The notes under the pieces: generated by a model
What the model was told of the DNA's origin: nothing
Databases searched by the model: none
The model's input: the letters and a program-made list of their open reading frames with translations, nothing else
In this document: positions 9,728 to 19,093 of the stretch, in pieces
Layout: each line of letters starts with the position of its first letter
Numbering within the stretch: the first letter of the stretch is position 1
Source: Candidatus Cloacimonadales bacterium
GTDB lineage: Bacteria; Cloacimonadota; Cloacimonadia; Cloacimonadales; JAFGVF01
Length of the DNA stretch: 64,000 bases
Direction: 5' to 3'
NCBI GenBank assembly: GCA_963663475.2
Contig: CAXXJV010000001.1
Span: 2,560,001 to 2,624,000 of the forward strand
Translations under genes and position numbers: made by a program

Positions 9728-11770
9728 TTACTTAATCAGACCATCTCTTCTAAGCATAGCATCTGGATCTGGTTTTCTTCCTCTAAACTTAATAAATAAG
9801 TCCATAGGATGTTGTGAGTTTCCTTTAGCTAGGATATTTTCTCTAAATGATTTAGCTGTATCTTTATTAAAAATACCGTCTTCTTTGAATTTTGAGAAAG
9901 CATCAGCATCAAGCACTTCAGCCCATTTGTATGAATAGTAACCTGATGAGTAGCCACCGTGGAAGATATGTGAGAAAGAACAAGATGTATTTACACAATC
10001 AACTTTTGGATAAAGTCTAGTTCTTTCAGTAACTTCACCTTCAAATTCAGCAACATCTTCAACATGAGAAGGATCTGCAGAATGCCAAGCCATATCGATA
10101 AGTCCTAGAGATACTTGTCTAACATTAAAGATACCTTTATTGAATGTTTCAGCTTTTTTAACTTTATTAACTAATTCTTCAGGGATAAGTTCACCAGTTT
10201 CATAGTGGTGAGCAAATAGCTTTAGAGTTTCCATTTCAAGAACCCAATTTTCCATAACTTGGGAAGGAAGTTCAACAAAATCCCAATAAACATTTGGACT
10301 TGCTAAAGATTTGTAATGAACATCTGAGAGAAGTCCATGGAGAGCATGACCAAATTCATGGAAGATAGTAGTAACTTCACCTAAAGATAATAAAGCAGGT
10401 TTATCTTCAGAAGGAGGAGTCAATGAACCAACAATAGAAATGAAAGGTCTTTTTACTTCTCCTTGTTGGAAGCCCTGAGAACGATAACCTGTCATCCAAG
10501 CACCAGCTCTTTTGGTATCACGTGGATAGAGATCAACATAGAAAAGCCCCATGTAACGACCATCTTCTTCTTGAATAACTTCAAAAACTCTAACATCTTC
10601 ATGATATTTTGGTAAATCTTCATGTTCAATAAACTTAAGTCCGTATAATTTATTAGCTACAGTGAAGATACCATTAATTACATTCTCTGCTTTGAAGTAA
10701 GGTCTTAACTCTTCTGAATCAAAATTGAATTTCTTCTTTTTAAGTATTTCTGAGTAGTAAGAAACATCCCAAGGCATAAATTGATCAATTCCATCTTCTT
10801 TAGCGATAGCTTCTATTTCCTTAACTTCTTCTTTAGCAACAGGAAGAGCAACATTAAGGATCTTTTCTAAAAACTCGTTAACAGTTTTAGGATTTTCAGC
10901 CATTCTTTCTGCTAATGTAAAGTCTGCATGAGTATCAAATCCTAATAATTGAGCTCTTTTATGTCTAAGATTTGCAATTTGCTTAACAAGTTCTTGGTTA
11001 TCAAATTCATCACGGAAGGCTCTTGCGCCCCAAGCTTTACTAAATTTTTCTCTTAAATCTCTATTTTTGGCATATTGAAGAATAGGCATAAACATTGATG
11101 GTTGAAGTAAAAATAACCATTTACCTTCATGACCTTTCTTTTTGGCCATGTAGGCTGCTTGAGCTTTTGCATTTTCTGGAAGCCCATCTAACTCAGCTTC
11201 ATCTTCTACAATGTATTCAAACTTATTAGTAGAATTTAACACATTTTGAGAGAACTTAGGACCTAATTGAGACATTTCCATATTTATCTTCATTAATTCT
11301 TTTTTCTTATCTTCAGGTAAAAGAGCACCATTACGTATAAATGATTTATAAACCTTGTCTAAGAGACGTGTTTGTTCAGCATTAAGATTTTCTTGATCTT
11401 GATGATCATAGACATATTTTAGCTTTTCAAACATCTTTGGGTTCATCATAGTTTCATTTCCAAACTCAGCAAGCTTTTGTGAGATTTCACCAGCTAAAGC
11501 AGAAAACTCTTGATCTGCATTGCTACTTAAAAGATTGAAATAAATAGATGTTATGTAATCTAACTCTACACCTGTTTCAGCTTCAATTGTATTGGCAAAA
11601 TTTGGTGTTTCAGGACTAGCGATATAGTCATTAAACTCTTTTCTAGCAATATCAAGTGCCCAATCGATAGCAGGCATAAAATGTTCAGTTTTGAATTTGT
11701 CAAAAGGAATTGCTTCGAATTTAGAATATCTTTCCCCTGTCATTAAAGGATTATTTTTTTGTTCAGACAT
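9728..11770 (-). CDS. M3 family metallopeptidase (peptidyl-dipeptidase Dcp / oligopeptidase A-like)
   Basis: FHEFGHALH zinc motif, WDFVELPSQVMENW, FSHIFHGGYSSGYYSYKWAEVLDADAF. Confidence 0.95.
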   Translation of the reverse strand: MSEQKNNPLMTGERYSKFEAIPFDKFKTEHFMPAIDWALDIARKEFNDYIASPETPNFANTIEAETGVELDYITSIYFNLLSSNADQEFSALAGEISQKLAEFGNETMMNPKMFEKLKYVYDHQDQENLNAEQTRLLDKVYKSFIRNGALLPEDKKKELMKINMEMSQLGPKFSQNVLNSTNKFEYIVEDEAELDGLPENAKAQAAYMAKKKGHEGKWLFLLQPSMFMPILQYAKNRDLREKFSKAWGARAFRDEFDNQELVKQIANLRHKRAQLLGFDTHADFTLAERMAENPKTVNEFLEKILNVALPVAKEEVKEIEAIAKEDGIDQFMPWDVSYYSEILKKKKFNFDSEELRPYFKAENVINGIFTVANKLYGLKFIEHEDLPKYHEDVRVFEVIQEEDGRYMGLFYVDLYPRDTKRAGAWMTGYRSQGFQQGEVKRPFISIVGSLTPPSEDKPALLSLGEVTTIFHEFGHALHGLLSDVHYKSLASPNVYWDFVELPSQVMENWVLEMETLKLFAHHYETGELIPEELVNKVKKAETFNKGIFNVRQVSLGLIDMAWHSADPSHVEDVAEFEGEVTERTRLYPKVDCVNTSCSFSHIFHGGYSSGYYSYKWAEVLDADAFSKFKEDGIFNKDTAKSFRENILAKGNSQHPMDLFIKFRGRKPDPDAMLRRDGLIK

Positions 11771-11984
11771 ATTTTTCTCCTGTGATTAATATTTTATATA
11801 TTACCAATATAATCAGTTTGTATAAATTGTCAATAATAATTTTTCTACCCTGGGTTTAATAGTATTTATCATAGTTAATTTACCTTGATAATTAACCTAG
11901 AAAAATAATTTTACTAATTTATTTTGACAGAATATCAAATGAATATTTTTTGTAGAAATCACAAATAAACTATTGGGAGATACG

Positions 11985-12539
11985 TTGGAAAAAACTATTA
12001 AAGCGAATCCGGCTCCGATTGGGTTAATCGGTTTCGGAATGACTACTATTTTGTTAAATATCCATAATGCAGGATTCTTTCCTTTGGATGTTGTAATTAT
12101 GGCAATGGGAATTACCATTGGAGGACTTGCACAGATTATTGCAGGTATTTTAGAGTATAATAATAATAAGACCTTTGGGACAGTGGCTTTTGTTGCTTAT
12201 GGCTTCTTTTGGTTATCTTTAGTTATGATTTGGACCCTACCTAAAATGGGGATTGGACAAGCTCCCACTCCTCTATCTTTAGGACTTTACTTATTACTTT
12301 GGGGACTTTTCACCTTAGGTATGTTTATAGGAACTTTTAAATCAGTACTTGTTTCTAAAATGGTATTTGGAACCCTCTTTATTCTCTTTATGCTCTTAGC
12401 AACTGCTAATTTTACTGGCAATCATCATATTCACACCATAGCAGGTTATGAAGGTATTTTATGTGGTGCTTTAGCTATGTATGAAGCTCTTGCCCAAGTT
12501 ATTAATGAAGCACACGGTAAAAAACTCTTACCCTTATAA
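11985..12539 (+). CDS. satP: Acetate/succinate uptake transporter (SatP/GPR1/FUN34/YaaH)
   Basis: ANPAPIGLIGFGMTTILLNIHNAG signature, six TMs; probable TTG start at 11985 after a GGGAGA RBS. Confidence 0.9.
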   Translation: MEKTIKANPAPIGLIGFGMTTILLNIHNAGFFPLDVVIMAMGITIGGLAQIIAGILEYNNNKTFGTVAFVAYGFFWLSLVMIWTLPKMGIGQAPTPLSLGLYLLLWGLFTLGMFIGTFKSVLVSKMVFGTLFILFMLLATANFTGNHHIHTIAGYEGILCGALAMYEALAQVINEAHGKKLLPL

Positions 12540-12563
12540 TCATTAGTTAATAAGAAAGTAATA

Positions 12564-12660
12564 AACCAATGGTGCAGTAGAGCTTTAGAGAAGAGTGCAG
12601 ATTCTTCAAGCAAAAGAATATTCTGCTATTCTCAAAGGTCTACTGCATTATTATTAGGGA
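12564..12660. mobile_element. MITE family C, short copy
   Basis: IRs AATGGTGCAGTAGAGCTTT ... AAAGGTCTACTGCATTATT; related copies at 15.2, 18.9, 21.9, 26.1 and 62.6 kb. Confidence 0.75.
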
Positions 12661-12678
12661 TAATATTTGACTTACATG

Positions 12679-13506
12679 CTAAATATCTATTTCTAGTAAA
12701 AGAGGAGTATGATCTTGTCTTTCTCCCGAATCAATCATTTCAGATTTTACAACTTTATCTGCAATTTCATTACTGACCAACCAATAATCTATTCTCCAGC
12801 CAGAATTGTTTAATTTACTAGTTTTTACTCTTTGAGCCCACCAAGAATAAACTCCTTGAACATCGCCATGCAAATGTCTAAAGCTATCTGTAAATCCTTT
12901 TCCTAAGAGATTAGTAAATCCTTGTCTTTCTTCATCAGTAAAACCAGCAGACATATGATTACTATCAGGATTTGCCAGATCAATTTCTTTATGAGCAACA
13001 TTATAATCACCTGTAGCTATAACTGGCTTATTCTTCTTTAATGAGGCTAAATATTCTGCATACTTTTTATCCCATACTTGCCTATCTTCCAGTCTTTTAA
13101 GTCCATCTCCAGCATTAGGAGTATAAACTTGAGTAAGATAGAAATTACCGAAATCTAAAGTAATAATCCTACCTTCAAAGTCCATTGTACTAGGAGCATC
13201 AATAGTAGGATAAGTAACTTCTGGTGAATATTTTTCTTTGTAGAGAAACATAGTTCCAGCATAACCTTTTTTTGCTGGTTCTTGAGAAGATCTCCAGACA
13301 TAATTATATCCTGTAAAATACTCTTCTAAAAGTTCTTTATGTTTCTTACTAGGCCCATTAGCTGGTAGTTTAGTCTCTTGCAAAGCTATAACATCAGCAT
13401 CTTTATCTATTATAGTTTTAATCACTTGTCTTGATAACAAGGCCCTATTAGAATCGCTTGTTAAAGCAGCGTTTAATGAATCTATGTTCCATGATATTAG
13501 TCGCAA
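12679..13506 (-). CDS. exoA: Exodeoxyribonuclease III / AP endonuclease (ExoA type)
   Basis: ISWNIDSLNAAL, LQETK, YTPNAG, GDYNVAH, WRIDY, QDHTP; TTG start with AAGGGAGG RBS. Confidence 0.93.
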   Translation of the reverse strand: MRLISWNIDSLNAALTSDSNRALLSRQVIKTIIDKDADVIALQETKLPANGPSKKHKELLEEYFTGYNYVWRSSQEPAKKGYAGTMFLYKEKYSPEVTYPTIDAPSTMDFEGRIITLDFGNFYLTQVYTPNAGDGLKRLEDRQVWDKKYAEYLASLKKNKPVIATGDYNVAHKEIDLANPDSNHMSAGFTDEERQGFTNLLGKGFTDSFRHLHGDVQGVYSWWAQRVKTSKLNNSGWRIDYWLVSNEIADKVVKSEMIDSGERQDHTPLLLEIDI

Positions 13507-13927
13507 TCTGTCCTCCCTTAGATTAATAATTACCTAAAATTAAAATATTTATTATTATTAAACTTTAGGGAAAATTAAGTCAAGGAAAAAGTAATTTTAA
13601 TCAAGATGTGTAGGAGAACTTCCACAGGTCTGAATCTATAAAATAAAAATTTCTATTGCTTTAAAATTGACTTTTAAATAGTTGACCTTAGAGAGAAGTA
13701 TTGACAAAGTCAACTTCTTTGAGTCTTGGGTCTCTTTTTTACAAAAAGAAATCGCTAATAGATTTATTCAAACTCGAGCAAAATAGTATTTAAATACATT
13801 GCAGTGGAGAGTTTGGATAAAGATATAGCGACTTTAATAAAATTTCTAAATTACCTAGATGTAGCTTAGTGTCTGAGACAATTCAAGAATTGGTGGGTTT
13901 ATCAACAGCCTACTTAGAGGGGAAAAT

Positions 13928-15163
13928 ATGAAAAGAAAAAGTCTTTATCAAAGTACTGTATCCTTGTTATTAGTATCTGCTCTCTTTAATGGAGTATTTA
14001 ATGGATTCACTGGAATTCAAGACATTATTGCTAGAAAGGCATTTAACGCACTTGATTGGCAATTAATGATTTTGACTATGATTTGGCCTGTAACCAATTT
14101 TTTATCAATCTGGTGGGGTAAAATTCTAGAACAATCTTCCAATAAAGCTAAGTTTTTCTGGGCTGTAGCTGTATTAGGCAGATTATCCCTACTCATGGCC
14201 TATTTTACTACTTCCATGAATATCTATTTGCTTATCTTTGGACTTGTCTCCTTCTTTAATGGAATTCTTTCGCCCGCATCTAATTCTATTTATCAAAGTA
14301 ATCTACCTAATAATAGGTCTAAAGTTTTTGGCTATACTATGAGTCTTGCTTCCTTTATAAGTATGATCTTTGCCTTTATCTCTGGTCGTTACTTAGACTC
14401 TTCTGAAGCTAATTTAAAATTAATCTTCATTGTAGTATCACTAGCAGGTTTTACTTCTGCCTCTGTCTTAAGCTTTATCAGAATCGAAGATAATAAAGTA
14501 AAATACCAGAAGAAGATGCTAAGAAAAGAATTTTTCCTTACTCCCCTTAAACGAGCATTAGGCTTGCTGAAAAATAATAAACCTTATGCTCATTTCCAAA
14601 GAGATTTTACCCTTTATGGTTTTGGCTTTTTATCTTTAGCTCCTGTAATACCTATCTTTATGGTAGATAACTTAAACTTGAACTATACTCATTCCTTTAT
14701 TTCTAAAGGTATCTTAGCCCAAATTGGTTTTTTAATTCTATCCCCTATTTTTGGTAGACTCCATGATAATTTCCATCCTTTCAAGTTTGCTGCTTATTCC
14801 TTTGGCGCAATAGCGATTTTCCCACTCCTCTTAATTATTACAGGAAATTTTGCTAATCATACCTTTAGCTTGATTGCTATTTATTTTTCCTTTTTAATAT
14901 ATGGCTTTGCAATGTCAGGTGTTAACATGGCTTGGAATATGTCTTCTATCCATTTTGCTGGAGATGAAGATGCCTCAATGTATCAAAGCTTACATATCAC
15001 TATTACTGGTATCAGAGGACTCTTTGCTCCTGTATTAGGAATTCTTGCAAAAAATTACCTAGGTATTTACGGTGCTTTTCTTATGTCTTTTAGCTTTTTT
15101 GCTTTAGCTTCATTTTTCAGTTATAAAGACTATAAAGCCTATTCTTCAGGAAAACTTGTTTAA
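13928..15163 (+). CDS. MFS transporter
   Basis: About 12 hydrophobic segments in two 6-TM halves, SPIFGRLHD loop motif. Confidence 0.8.
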   Translation: MKRKSLYQSTVSLLLVSALFNGVFNGFTGIQDIIARKAFNALDWQLMILTMIWPVTNFLSIWWGKILEQSSNKAKFFWAVAVLGRLSLLMAYFTTSMNIYLLIFGLVSFFNGILSPASNSIYQSNLPNNRSKVFGYTMSLASFISMIFAFISGRYLDSSEANLKLIFIVVSLAGFTSASVLSFIRIEDNKVKYQKKMLRKEFFLTPLKRALGLLKNNKPYAHFQRDFTLYGFGFLSLAPVIPIFMVDNLNLNYTHSFISKGILAQIGFLILSPIFGRLHDNFHPFKFAAYSFGAIAIFPLLLIITGNFANHTFSLIAIYFSFLIYGFAMSGVNMAWNMSSIHFAGDEDASMYQSLHITITGIRGLFAPVLGILAKNYLGIYGAFLMSFSFFALASFFSYKDYKAYSSGKLV

Positions 15164-15260
15164 CCCAATGATGCAATAGAGCTTTAGAGAAGAGTGCAAA
15201 TTCATTTAGCAAAATAGTGCAGTAGGCTTTTATAATAGCAGGATATTCTTCTGCAGTATA
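15163..15260. repeat. MITE family C, partial or degenerate copy
   Basis: AACCCAATGATGCAATAGAGCTTTAGAGAAGAGTGCA matches the family C left end. Confidence 0.65.
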
Positions 15261-15368
15261 CCATAATATCTTAAAGAAGCACTTATAAATTATGGAATTA
15301 GATTTAATTTTTCTCTCTTTTGGAACAATAAATGTATTAATTTATATAAAACATTATTTTGAGGTACC

Positions 15369-17990
15369 ATGAAACTAAAATTAACTTTTATTATTCTTTT
15401 CCTATCATTGTTTGCTCTTAATTATGCTAATGAATCTTTAATTCAAAGAATTAATCGCTATTCAGGAAAAAATGCTAATGCTTTACTTACCTATCTTGAT
15501 AGTCTTTCAGGATTAAAATCATATTACACTGACTACATTATAAATCATATGAGTGATAATGATTTAGCTACTGCTAGCCCTGAATATATTGATGAACACA
15601 TCACCTATGCCCTTAAAACACTTGATCTTCCCTACACTGCTGATATTCCAGAAGATTATTTTCTTCATTTTGTTTTACCTTTAAGAGTTTCTCAAGAACC
15701 CTTTGAAGAATGGAGAAAAGAATTCTATGATAAGCTCTACCCACAAGTCTCTCAAGCTCAAACCATTAACGAAGCTATATTAATAGCAGACTTATTTTAC
15801 CAAGAAGGAATCTATTTTAAACAAACTAGTGGTAGGGATCAAGGGCCATTAACTTCCATAAAACGAGGCTATGGTCGCTGTGAAGAGATGATGATTCTGC
15901 AAATGGCAGTTTTCAGAGCTGTAGGAATACCCTGTCGCCCTGCATCTGCACCTTATTGGTCTTTTACAGATAGTAATCATGTTTGGACTGAAGTATGGAC
16001 TCCTCAAGGTTGGAGAATTGTTCCTGAAGCCTATCCTCTAGAATACAGGAAATCATCCTGGGAAGTTGATAGAGCTAGAAAAGCTCCCCTTATTACAAGT
16101 CAAGCATTTGGATCTTATGATTCAAGTAGCAGTCTTCAGAAAACAAAGTATGATACAAAAATCAATATCTCTGATGTTTACGGAGATATAGTAACGACAG
16201 AAGTTATTGTTGTTGACCAAGCAAATAAACCTGTTCCTGACGCCCAAGTAATCTACTATGCAACTTCTTTTGGTGGACTTTTCGATATGCTTGAAATAAA
16301 TACTGATGAGAATGGCATAGCAAAAGTTGACTTTCGACCAACATCTGTCTTTGTTACTGCTGGCAAAGATGGCAAAAGTGCTTATGGATTAATAAACTCT
16401 TTTACCAATTCAAATACTATTAAATTAACTCTTTCAGATAATAATATTATTGAAGATAACCTTATTCTTAATTTCCCACTAGATTCTTCAGCAGATAAGA
16501 ATTTCCAGCTTACTCCCGAAAATAAGCAATATATAAATAATTTAACTGAGTTAGCAAATAAGAAAAGAGAAAACAGACTTCTTACAAATAAGAAAGGACT
16601 TAACTTCTTAAAAAACTATCCTCTTCCTAAAGCTAATGAAAATAGTTATGACTATAAATTAAAAAGAGACAATTTCTTAAACAAGTGTCAGGAACTCGCA
16701 GGTAATGCCGATAATTGGCTTAGTATTGATGCCAAAATTTCTGATTACCCTAATCCAGAAGTTACCAGAAATATCATGATTGACTTAATTATTAACTGGG
16801 ATATTAAAGACTTAATTGAGTTACCAGATGAAAAAGCAATTGAAAATCTTCTTTTAACTTTATCTGATAGCAGAATCTATTATCAAGACAAAATTACAAA
16901 TGACCTCTTTATCTCTAATGTCATTCTCTTCCCTTTAGGAACGAACCCATTTCCTCAAACTGGTTGGCATGCAGACCTTTATAAAATCACTAAAGATTTA
17001 AGAAGTAAAAAAATTGATCAAACTATCAAAAATATTGATCAATGGCTTAAGGAAAATACTGTGCATGATAATCATCCAAGCTGGAGTTACTTTGGAGGTT
17101 CGTTAACACCTCTACAGTACATTAACAAGAAATATTTAAGCAGAAGTCAGCAAATCTATCTAACTGCAGCCTTAATTCAAAACGCAGGTATTCCTATTCG
17201 CTGGCAAGGTTTCTTAGAATATTACAATGGCACAAAGTGGATTGAAATAATTATGGATGATTCTGATGAAGATAATGACACACCGCCTGTAGCCAGAAAG
17301 CTTGTTGAATTCGAGCTTAAGATAACCATAGACGATAAAGCGGAGTCAGCTAAGCCTTGGGGTAACTTCTTAATTGCTTCCCAGTCTGATAATGGCCACC
17401 TTACCTATGATTGGTTTGATTTTGCAGAAGTAAATGATACTTTTATTGTAAAATTCTACCAAGAAGAGAATAAGAATAAGTATATTCAAGGTTTTATCAG
17501 AAACAAGAATGGCGATGCTAACTTAATTATCAAACCCCTTGCTGAAAATACATCTACTCTTGTCATGGATTTCAAAACACCTATGACAAGTCATGAGAAC
17601 TTAGTTGAATGGTCTGAAGAAACCCTAGCAAATATTGATAATCTTAGGTATAATGCTAGCTCTTCTTCAGGGAAAAGCTTGCTGATGATTCTCAATGAAC
17701 AAGGTAATGAACCCCAAGAAAGGATGTTAGAACAATTGCTTAATAATTTAGGAAAATTCAATGAGAAGCAGGTTCAAGTAATTGTATATTCTGAAAATAG
17801 GTTAATTAATAAATTAACAGAAATCAAGCAGGATAATTTTGTCTATCTCCAAGGACCAGAAATTATTAATGAGGATATTAAACTGGATAATTATCCAATT
17901 CTATTTTTATTCGAAAATGATCAGATAGTAAGCTCAGCTAATGGTTTTGATTTAGATTTAATAAATTATTTACTTAGATTAGTTGATTAA
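15369..17990 (+). CDS. Secreted transglutaminase-like domain protein
   Basis: Signal peptide; FLHFVLPLRVSQEPFEEWR, GYGRCEE (catalytic Cys), NHVWTEVW (His). Confidence 0.8.
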   Translation: MKLKLTFIILFLSLFALNYANESLIQRINRYSGKNANALLTYLDSLSGLKSYYTDYIINHMSDNDLATASPEYIDEHITYALKTLDLPYTADIPEDYFLHFVLPLRVSQEPFEEWRKEFYDKLYPQVSQAQTINEAILIADLFYQEGIYFKQTSGRDQGPLTSIKRGYGRCEEMMILQMAVFRAVGIPCRPASAPYWSFTDSNHVWTEVWTPQGWRIVPEAYPLEYRKSSWEVDRARKAPLITSQAFGSYDSSSSLQKTKYDTKINISDVYGDIVTTEVIVVDQANKPVPDAQVIYYATSFGGLFDMLEINTDENGIAKVDFRPTSVFVTAGKDGKSAYGLINSFTNSNTIKLTLSDNNIIEDNLILNFPLDSSADKNFQLTPENKQYINNLTELANKKRENRLLTNKKGLNFLKNYPLPKANENSYDYKLKRDNFLNKCQELAGNADNWLSIDAKISDYPNPEVTRNIMIDLIINWDIKDLIELPDEKAIENLLLTLSDSRIYYQDKITNDLFISNVILFPLGTNPFPQTGWHADLYKITKDLRSKKIDQTIKNIDQWLKENTVHDNHPSWSYFGGSLTPLQYINKKYLSRSQQIYLTAALIQNAGIPIRWQGFLEYYNGTKWIEIIMDDSDEDNDTPPVARKLVEFELKITIDDKAESAKPWGNFLIASQSDNGHLTYDWFDFAEVNDTFIVKFYQEENKNKYIQGFIRNKNGDANLIIKPLAENTSTLVMDFKTPMTSHENLVEWSEETLANIDNLRYNASSSSGKSLLMILNEQGNEPQERMLEQLLNNLGKFNEKQVQVIVYSENRLINKLTEIKQDNFVYLQGPEIINEDIKLDNYPILFLFENDQIVSSANGFDLDLINYLLRLVD

Positions 17991-18005
17991 CAATAAATAA
18001 ATTAC

Positions 18006-18036
18006 AGGCTTAACTAATATTAGTTAAGCCTTTTTT
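18006..18036 (+). terminator. Rho-independent terminator
   Basis: AGGCTTAACTAA-ta-TTAGTTAAGCCT followed by Ts. Confidence 0.8.
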
Positions 18037-18078
18037 ATTGACAGTTATTCTGACCAATATAATTTGACATAAAGAACT

Positions 18079-18168
18079 GGAGATGTGTCCGAGTGGTTGA
18101 AGGAGCACGGTTGGAAACCGTGTATAGGTGCAAGCCTATCTAGAGTTCGAATCTCTACATCTCCGCCA
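18079..18168 (+). tRNA. tRNA-Ser(GGA)
   Basis: GGAGATG/CATCTCC acceptor stem with G discriminator and CCA, anticodon arm CACGG-TT-GGA-AA-CCGTG, long variable arm, GTTCGAATC T-loop. Confidence 0.97.
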
Positions 18169-18340
18169 TTTTTCCCCTTTCAAACTTAATAACTAATAAC
18201 CCCAGCCAATTTCAGCGAGAAATCTCGCCAAACTCCCCCAAAGGTGTCCACTTTACCAAAGAAATAAAAAAATCTCGCCAAACTATTAAGTAAAAAAATC
18301 TCGCCAAACTTTATATAATTTGTCCTTTTAAAATAATTTT

Positions 18341-18830
18341 GGCTCTTGTTCAAGTCTGGTGGTAAATAAGAGACTTTCATTATAGCATATTGCTTGATTA
18401 ATAGAAAGTTACAAGTAAGAATATATGAAGAGTGACGGGAGTTGCTCACGGAGTAGCGACTTCCGACACTCTTCACCCGAAGTCCCTTGCCTACGGCTGA
18501 GGAACTCCGGTCTCCAGCAAAAATCAGGCTCAAGTTCAAGTCAGGGATAAGCGCTGGCATTCCTGCTGGCACCAAGCTTTTCAAGCTTGGTTTTGTAGAA
18601 GCGAGACGCTTCCACTCCATAAAGACATTATGTTACATTATTTATCATTTTATTAAACCCTTACAGGGTAATATCTTTGGGCTAGCAATCATTACCCAGG
18701 GTTGCGATACTTTCAGCATCTTACCCTGGGCTAAATTATTTTATCCCTTTCAGGGATTTTTGATGAATCAATATAGTGAGGAAATATTCTCATTTTCCTA
18801 TATTATTCTCATCAGACTTGAACTTGAGCC
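18341..18830. mobile_element. MITE family A, composite copy with nested repeats
   Basis: TIRs GGCTCTTGTTCAAGTCTGGTGG ... CAGACTTGAACTTGAGCC flanked by identical 8-bp ATAATTTT (18333-18340, 18831-18838); contains a family B repeat, an extra internal left end (~18527) and the tnpA-end palindrome. Confidence 0.85.
18428..18513. repeat. Palindromic repeat family B
   Basis: AAGAGTGACGGGAGTTGCTCACGGAGTAGCGACTTCCGAC...AAGTCCCTTGCCTACGGCTGAGGAACTCCGGTCT; near-identical copy at 58420, partial units at 28087 and 52653. Confidence 0.85.
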
Positions 18831-18905
18831 ATAATTTTCTTAAAAAATCTCGCCAAAGGATTAAGGGGAAAAAAATAGCCACATACAAGCATGCTATCCA
18901 GATTA

Positions 18906-19093
18906 TCCCAGATAGTGTAGTAGAGCTTTAGTAATACTTGGCTAAAGCTACGTATCGCAGGTGAAGAGTGCAGATTATTCTAGCAAAAAAGCTTACAAAA
19001 TTTGAAGGCATATAATATATTCATAAAAATTTTGTAGCTTACTTTTGCAAAATAAGATATTGCTATTCGCAAAGGTCTACTGCATTATTTGGG
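18906..19093. mobile_element. MITE family C, long copy overlapping the 3' end of the DUF89 gene
   Basis: TGTAGTAGAGCTTT ... AAAGGTCTACTGCATTATTTGGG. Confidence 0.75.

Larger units (their letters stand above)
18220..18857. repeat. Four direct copies of AAATCTCGCCAAA downstream of tRNA-Ser
   Basis: Copies at 18220, 18270, 18296 and 18845; the last is separated from the others by a MITE. Confidence 0.8.

Noticed and set aside
18186-18834. ORFs 18186-18620 (-) and 18487-18834 (+), and similar 58337-58567 (-)
   Set aside because: They are translations of the family A/B repeats; the shared peptide (GKGLRVK.VGSRYSVSNSRHS) reflects the DNA repeat, not a protein family
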